DNA of 64,000 nucleotides from Escherichia coli O127:H6 str. E2348/69 (GTDB lineage Bacteria; Pseudomonadota; Gammaproteobacteria; Enterobacterales; Enterobacteriaceae): NCBI RefSeq assembly GCF_000026545.1, contig NC_011601.1; one strand, 5' to 3'. Shown piece by piece: positions 58,092 to 64,000 of this stretch (position 1 is its first letter; each line of letters starts with the position of its first letter). The notes under the pieces were generated by a model. It saw only the letters and a program-made list of their open reading frames with translations, ran no database searches and was not told where the DNA came from. The position numbers and the translations under genes were made by a program.

Positions 58092-58712
58092 TCAGATGGA
58101 CAAATTATTAATTTTCATCTGCATCATTTCGCTCAGTGCCGGGGTAACATCGCTTTTCACGCCTGCTTCCCATGCACTACGCGCACCTTGCTTATCACCT
58201 TTGCTCAGCAATGCTTCACCACGCAGGTCGGCAACAATGGCAGCCCACCCTTCACCTTTGATGGTATCAAGGGTTTTTAACGCGGCATCAGCCTGCTTGA
58301 GCTGTACCTGAACGCGAGCAAGACGCAGATTTATCACGGCTTTGAGATTTTCATCGCTCGTGTCTGCCAGCCCCTGTTGTAACTGGGCGGCAGCTTTCTC
58401 TAGTTCATTTTTGTCAACAAATTGCTGCGCAAGTTCCAAAGAAGCCAGCACACCATAAGTATTTTTATTTTCAGCAGCAAATTTTTCCGCCGCTGGGATG
58501 CTATCCGGTTTGCCTTCGCTCACTGCGGTAACCGCATTTTGATAGGCAAGAGAAGCGGAGCGTGCAGAATCAACCTGATGGCTGTTCCAGTAGCGCCAGC
58601 CAATCAGTGCGCCAACGCCCAAAATCACCCCAACAGCCAGTGCTTTGCCATTTTCAGCAAAAAAGCGTTTAACCGCTTCAACCTGGTCGTTTTCGTTCTC
58701 GTAAATTTCCAC
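58092..58712 (-). CDS. yfgM: Inner-membrane TPR-like protein YfgM
   Basis: 206 aa; conserved position between hisS and bamB. Confidence 0.9.
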   Translation of the reverse strand: MEIYENENDQVEAVKRFFAENGKALAVGVILGVGALIGWRYWNSHQVDSARSASLAYQNAVTAVSEGKPDSIPAAEKFAAENKNTYGVLASLELAQQFVDKNELEKAAAQLQQGLADTSDENLKAVINLRLARVQVQLKQADAALKTLDTIKGEGWAAIVADLRGEALLSKGDKQGARSAWEAGVKSDVTPALSEMMQMKINNLSI

Positions 58713-58729
58713 GCTGTCCTTCTCCTTCC

Positions 58730-60004
58730 TTAACCCAGTAACGTGCGCAAATGCGCGGCTACGCTATCCTGCGCAACTGCAGTTTGCTCACCAGAGCGCA
58801 AATCCTTCACTACTGCTGTGCCGTTAGCCACTTCAGACTCACCCAGCACCACAGCAACGCGGGCACCCCATTTATCAGCACGGGCAAACTGTTTCTTAAA
58901 GTTGCCGCCGCCGTGGTTGGTCATCAGTTTCACGCCCGGTAATTCATCACGCAGACGCTCTGCTAATGCCATAGCCGCAGATTGTGTGTCAGCACCTGAA
59001 GCCACCAGGTATATATCGACAACAGGATCGGCTTTAAATTCCGGATTAACGGCCTGAACTAACAATACAAGACGTTCGAGGCCCATAGCAAAACCGACTG
59101 CCGGTGTTGCACGACCACCCAGTTGTTCCACCAGACCGTCATAACGACCACCTGCACACACGGTGCCCTGGGAACCGAGGCTGTTAGTCACCCACTCGAA
59201 AACGGTACGGTTATAGTAATCCAGACCGCGCACCAGACGCTGGTTTACGGTGTAAGCGATCCCCGCGCTCTCAAGCAGTTTGCACAGACCGGCAAAGTGC
59301 TCACGAGATTCCTCGTCCAGATAATCGCCTAATGCCGGAGCGTCGTTGAGAAGCACCTGCACTTCCGGATTTTTTGAATCCAGTACGCGCAGCGGGTTAG
59401 TGTACATGCGGCGTTTGCAGTCTTCGTCCAGCTTTTCTTTATGCTGCTCAAGGAATGCCACCAGCGCATCGCGGTAATTCGCACGAGCTTCCAGCGAACC
59501 GATAGAGTTCAGCTCAAGAGTTACGTGCTCGGAAATACCCAGCGCGCGCCACCAGCGGGCAGTGAGCATAATCAGTTCGGCGTCGATATCCGGACCTTGC
59601 AGACCGAAAACTTCGCAGCCCAACTGATGGAACTGACGATAACGCCCTTTCTGCGGACGCTCGTGACGGAACATAGGCCCGATATACCACAGACGCTGTT
59701 CCTGATTGTACAGAAGACCATGCTCGATGCCGGCGCGTACACAGCCCGCCGTCCCTTCAGGGCGCAGAGTCAGGCTGTCGCCATTGCGATCCTCAAAGGT
59801 GTACATCTCTTTTTCAACCACGTCGGTGACTTCACCAATCGCACGTTTGAATAGCGGGGTCTGCTCTACAATCGGCAAGCGGATTTCACTGTAACCGTAG
59901 CTGCCGAGCACGTTTTTCAGTGTGCCTTCAATGCGCTGCCAGATGGCCGTTTCGCCAGGCAGGTAATCGTTCATGCCGCGAATGGCTTGAATGTTTTTTG
60001 CCAC
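58730..60004 (-). CDS. hisS: Histidine--tRNA ligase
   Basis: 424 aa matching E. coli HisS. Confidence 0.95.
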   Translation of the reverse strand: MAKNIQAIRGMNDYLPGETAIWQRIEGTLKNVLGSYGYSEIRLPIVEQTPLFKRAIGEVTDVVEKEMYTFEDRNGDSLTLRPEGTAGCVRAGIEHGLLYNQEQRLWYIGPMFRHERPQKGRYRQFHQLGCEVFGLQGPDIDAELIMLTARWWRALGISEHVTLELNSIGSLEARANYRDALVAFLEQHKEKLDEDCKRRMYTNPLRVLDSKNPEVQVLLNDAPALGDYLDEESREHFAGLCKLLESAGIAYTVNQRLVRGLDYYNRTVFEWVTNSLGSQGTVCAGGRYDGLVEQLGGRATPAVGFAMGLERLVLLVQAVNPEFKADPVVDIYLVASGADTQSAAMALAERLRDELPGVKLMTNHGGGNFKKQFARADKWGARVAVVLGESEVANGTAVVKDLRSGEQTAVAQDSVAAHLRTLLG

Positions 60005-60114
60005 GTTTATTCTCTTTCTGAATATAAAAATGAACCCTCAACGCTTCCCTCAATGTTTCGGGAGCCATGCGGGTTCAATCATACACGGGAAGCGAGGCGC
60101 TTCCCATCACGTTA

Positions 60115-61233
60115 TTATTTTTCAACCTGCTGAACGTCAATTCGACGCGCTTCGTCCAGCTGACTGGCTTTCGCACGAATGCGTGCTTCCAGCTGGTCGA
60201 TCATATCGTTGTTGTCCAGACGGTCTTTGCGCACGCCATCTTCATAGAGGCCGCTTTTCTTGTTGCCGCCGGTGACGCCGAGTGTAGAAACCAGCGCCTC
60301 ACCAGGGCCATTCACCACGCAGCCGATAATCGAAACGTCCATCGGAGTGATGATATCTTCCAGGCGTTGCTCCAGCGCGTTAACCGTACCGATAACATCA
60401 AATTCCTGACGCGAACAGGTCGGGCAGGCGATGAAGTTGATCCCGCGCGAACGGATACGCAGCGATTTCAAAATATCGAAACCGACTTTGATCTCTTCGA
60501 CCGGATCGGCCGCCAGCGATACGCGCAGCGTGTCGCCGATGCCTTCAGACAGCAGCAGACCTAAACCAATAGCGGATTTTACTGCCCCGCTACGCGCACC
60601 ACCGGCTTCGGTGATCCCCAGATGTAGCGGCTGATCGATTTGTTTTGCCAGCAAACGATAAGACTCAACAGCGAGGAAGACGTCAGACGCTTTCACGCTG
60701 ACTTTGAACTGATCGAAGTTCAGGCGATCGAGATGATCAACATGACGCATGGCAGATTCCAGCAACGCCTGCGGCGTCGGTTCGCCATACTTTTCTTGCA
60801 GATCTTTTTCCAACGATCCGGCGTTAACGCCAATACGGATCGGAATGTTTTTATCGCGCGCACAGTCAACCACCATGCGAATACGCTCTTCATTACCGAT
60901 ATTGCCAGGGTTAATACGCAGACAATCGACGCCGTATTCCGCTACTTTCAGCGCAATGCGATAGTCGAAGTGGATGTCAGCCACCAGCGGCACGTTAACC
61001 TGCTGTTTGATGAGTTTGAACGCTTCTGCCGCGTCCATCGTCGGTACGGAGACACGGACGATATCAGCGCCAACACGTTCCAGCGCCTTGATTTGATTGA
61101 CCGTTGCTTCGACGTCTGTCGTACGCGTATTGGTCATGGACTGTACGGCGATGGGAGCACCATCGCCAATCGGCACATTCCCAACGTAAATACGTGTTGA
61201 TTTTCTACGTTGAATTGGAGCCTGGTTATGCAT
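60115..61233 (-). CDS. ispG: 4-hydroxy-3-methylbut-2-en-1-yl diphosphate synthase
   Basis: 372 aa matching E. coli IspG/GcpE. Confidence 0.95.
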
Positions 61234-61259
61234 GAAAAATCTCCCGCGTTACCCGTCTG

Positions 61260-62267
61260 TTACTGCGCCGGTGATTGTTCGGCATTGAGGGTCAGACGCG
61301 CAACCTGGTTAGTTCTGATAAAACGACTCAGATCGACAGGTTTCCCTTGATACTGGATCTGTACTGCGGCTGGCGCACCAATTTTCAGTTTGTACGGTGC
61401 CTGGCCGGTTAAGTTCAAATTACCGTCTTTACGCTGCATACCGCTAAACAGTTTTTTACCGGTAGCATCGGTGACTTCCAGCCAGCAATCGGCAGTAAAG
61501 TTCATCACCAGCGCATTCGGGTCAACCGCCGGCGTGGTCACGCCAGCCTGATCGGTTGGCAACGGCGCAGCGCCATCTGGTGTTGTTGTTGCCGCTGGTG
61601 CCGGAGTCGCAGCGGTATCAACATTTGCCTGCGAAGGTGGAACAACCGCATTCTGTTGCGGATCAACAGCTGGTGCTGGCGCAGTTACGGCAGGTGTTTG
61701 CGTGTTGGTTGCGGTGGTATCCACAGGTGATGTCGGCGTGGTCGCCATAGCCTGATCTGTGGTTGTCGACGTATCTAACGGTACACTCTGGCTTTGATTA
61801 TTATTCAGTTCCGCAGAAGATTGATCGGCCATAGTGGTGATCTCTTCCTGCTGAGCTTTGTGGTCTTGCCACCACCAGGCACCGCTCAGGCCAATAACCA
61901 CAAACAACACCAGCCAGGTGAAGGTCATCAGCCAGCCGTCACGTTTTTTGCGGCGTTTACCGAGGGAAAAACTCTGCATCGGCGCAACTTTTGCAGCCCG
62001 TAGTGGAGCCTGCTTTTCCAGCCCTGGCAGCAGTTCTTCTTCTGGAATATGTACCAGACGCGCATAAGAGCGGATATATCCGCGCAGGAATGTTGAAGCA
62101 AGATCGGCGGGTGCCTTATCTTCTTCAATGTCGCGTACCGTGGAAACCTTCAGGCAAAGTCGCTCGGCAACGGCCTGTTGACTAAGTCCTAGTTGTTCGC
62201 GAGCATTACGCAGGCGAGCGCCGGTAGTAAGTGCTTCATTTTGGTCGTGCGTGGCTTCAGTATTCAT
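61260..62267 (-). CDS. rodZ: Cytoskeleton protein RodZ
   Basis: N-terminal HTH, TM segment, Thr/Pro/Ala-rich linker; conserved position. Confidence 0.9.
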   Translation of the reverse strand: MNTEATHDQNEALTTGARLRNAREQLGLSQQAVAERLCLKVSTVRDIEEDKAPADLASTFLRGYIRSYARLVHIPEEELLPGLEKQAPLRAAKVAPMQSFSLGKRRKKRDGWLMTFTWLVLFVVIGLSGAWWWQDHKAQQEEITTMADQSSAELNNNQSQSVPLDTSTTTDQAMATTPTSPVDTTATNTQTPAVTAPAPAVDPQQNAVVPPSQANVDTAATPAPAATTTPDGAAPLPTDQAGVTTPAVDPNALVMNFTADCWLEVTDATGKKLFSGMQRKDGNLNLTGQAPYKLKIGAPAAVQIQYQGKPVDLSRFIRTNQVARLTLNAEQSPAQ

Positions 62268-62551
62268 TCGCTGCAGGTACGTTTAAATGAGAATTGAGAT
62301 GCCGGTGAACCATCATGCTCACCCACACCGCGAAACATCCGTTAAGTTAACCGTTATCATACAGTATAAGACCGTCTGTGTGCTCGTGACAAAGCCCACA
62401 TTCGCTAAGGCTAACTTACTGTTGCATCGTTACATACTGCCTTAAAGTCAGCAAAAACGCACCGTTAATATTGACCAGACAATTGCAACTTAATACTTCA
62501 TTCATAAAAGATTACGCCACGGTACATAAAGTAACCGTGGCGTAATGGCTA

Positions 62552-63706
62552 TCAGACCGCTTTAATGTCGATGGCTTCACCCTGCATCCGTTTACGCAGG
62601 GTACGTTTCGTACGGTCGATAACATCGCCCGCCAACTGACCACAGGCAGCATCAATGTCATCACCACGCGTTTTACGCACAATAGTGGTGAAACCGTAGC
62701 TCATCAGCACTTTTGAGAAACGGTCGATACGGCTGTTCGAACTGCGTCCATACGGCGCGCCCGGGAACGGGTTCCACGGGATCAGGTTGATCTTACACGG
62801 CGTATCTTTCAGCAGTTCTGCCAGTTGGTGCGCGTGTTCAGTGCCGTCGTTAACGTGGTCAAGCATCACGTATTCAATAGTGACTCGGCCCTGATTGGCG
62901 TTGGATTTCTCCAGATAACGGCGCACCGCCGCAAGGAACGTTTCGATATTGTACTTTTTGTTGATCGGCACAATTTCGTCACGAATTTCGTCGTTCGGCG
63001 CGTGCAGGGAGATAGCCAGCGCAACGTCGATCATATCGCCCAGTTTATCCAGCGCCGGAACCACACCGGAAGTGGAAAGCGTGACGCGACGTTTTGACAG
63101 GCCAAAACCGAAATCATCAAGCATGATTTCCATCGCCGGAACGACGTTGTTCAGGTTGAGCAGCGGCTCGCCCATCCCCATCATCACTACGTTAGTGATT
63201 GGGCGCTGACCGGTGACTTTTGCTGCGCCGACAATTTTCGCCGCACGCCACACCTGGCCGATAATTTCCGATACCCGCAGGTTGCGGTTAAAGCCCTGCT
63301 GGGCGGTGGAACAGAATTTACACTCCAGCGCACACCCCACCTGCGAAGAGACGCAGAGCGTGGCACGGTCGTCTTCCGGGATATACACCGTTTCAACGCG
63401 CTGATCGCCAACGGCGATCGCCCATTTAATGGTGCCGTCAGATGAACGCTGTTCTTCAACCACTTCCGGTGCACGGATTTCCGCCACCTCTTTCAGTTTG
63501 CCGCGCAACACTTTATTGATGTCGGTCATCTCATCAAAGTTGTCGCAGCAATAGTGATACATCCACTTCATCACCTGATCGGCGCGGAAGGGTTTTTCAC
63601 CTAAATCTTTAAAAAACTCCCGCATCTGCTGACGGTTGAGATCCAGCAGGTTGATTTTTCCATCTTTCGTGGTGACGTTTTCAGGTGTGACTAATTGTTC
63701 AGACAT
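62552..63706 (-). CDS. rlmN: Dual-specificity RNA methyltransferase RlmN (radical SAM)
   Basis: CxxxCxxC radical-SAM motif (CALECKFC); 384 aa matching E. coli RlmN. Confidence 0.95.
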
Positions 63707-63856
63707 ATGCTATTCCGGCCTCGTTATTACACGTTATGGCCCCTGGAGGGTTGAAAAAAGAAACGCCCCGGTGAGCGGCTGCTCGTCCGGGGGCGCTGCA
63801 TTGTACAAATTCTGGCGCACGGATGCCACGTTTGCACGCGGCATTTACGAAATTAT

Positions 63857-64000
63857 TAACGGGTGCGCGGGCACACTTCGCCTTCGCCGAAGAAATAAGC
63901 GATTTCGCGAGCGGCAGATTCGACGGAATCAGAACCGTGGGTACCATTTTCGGTCAGGCTGTCAGCGTAATCAGCACGCAGAGTACCGGCCAGTGCATTT
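63857..64000 (-). CDS. ndk: Nucleoside diphosphate kinase, C-terminal fragment (gene continues beyond window)
   Basis: Reverse translation ends ...[20 protein letters not shown], the Ndk C-terminus. Confidence 0.85.

Noticed and set aside
60005-60114. Hairpin GGGAAGCG-agg-CGCTTCCC between hisS and ispG
   Set aside because: No adjacent T-run on either strand; could be a REP-like element or partial terminator

Overview
Enterobacterial chromosome segment (E. coli/Shigella-like by protein identity to known core genes): guaA-guaB, xseA, yfgJ, then der-bamB-yfgM-hisS-ispG-rodZ-rlmN-ndk, interrupted by three horizontally acquired blocks. (1) Bases 1 to ~36.5 kb: one end of a temperate podovirus-like prophage (tyrosine integrase next to the 3' end of guaA; CI-like/Cro-like immunity switch, O/P replication, terminase, portal, capsid, T7-like tail tube, ejection proteins, tailspike, partial acyltransferase-3 gene at the window edge); its other end lies outside the window. 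(2) 41.5-47.3 kb: an adhesin islet with an intimin/invasin-type inverse autotransporter (SinH-like), a SinI-like protein and a repeat-containing Rat-like protein. (3) 47.9-55.2 kb: a compact AT-rich integrative element (P4-type integrase, AlpA-like regulators, HUH-type Rep, origin-like repeats) that resembles a small phage satellite. Its cargo is a tightly coupled two-gene cassette (pentapeptide-repeat membrane protein plus minimal nucleotidyltransferase), which I consider the best candidate for an undescribed defence or abortive-infection module. Other notable signals are a 17-bp operator palindrome dispersed at 10 or more sites through the prophage, a second palindrome at three late-operon junctions, and a non-canonical tRNA-like element inside the prophage. 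All calls rest on reading the sequence and ORF translations; no database search was run. No CRISPR array or rRNA was seen.
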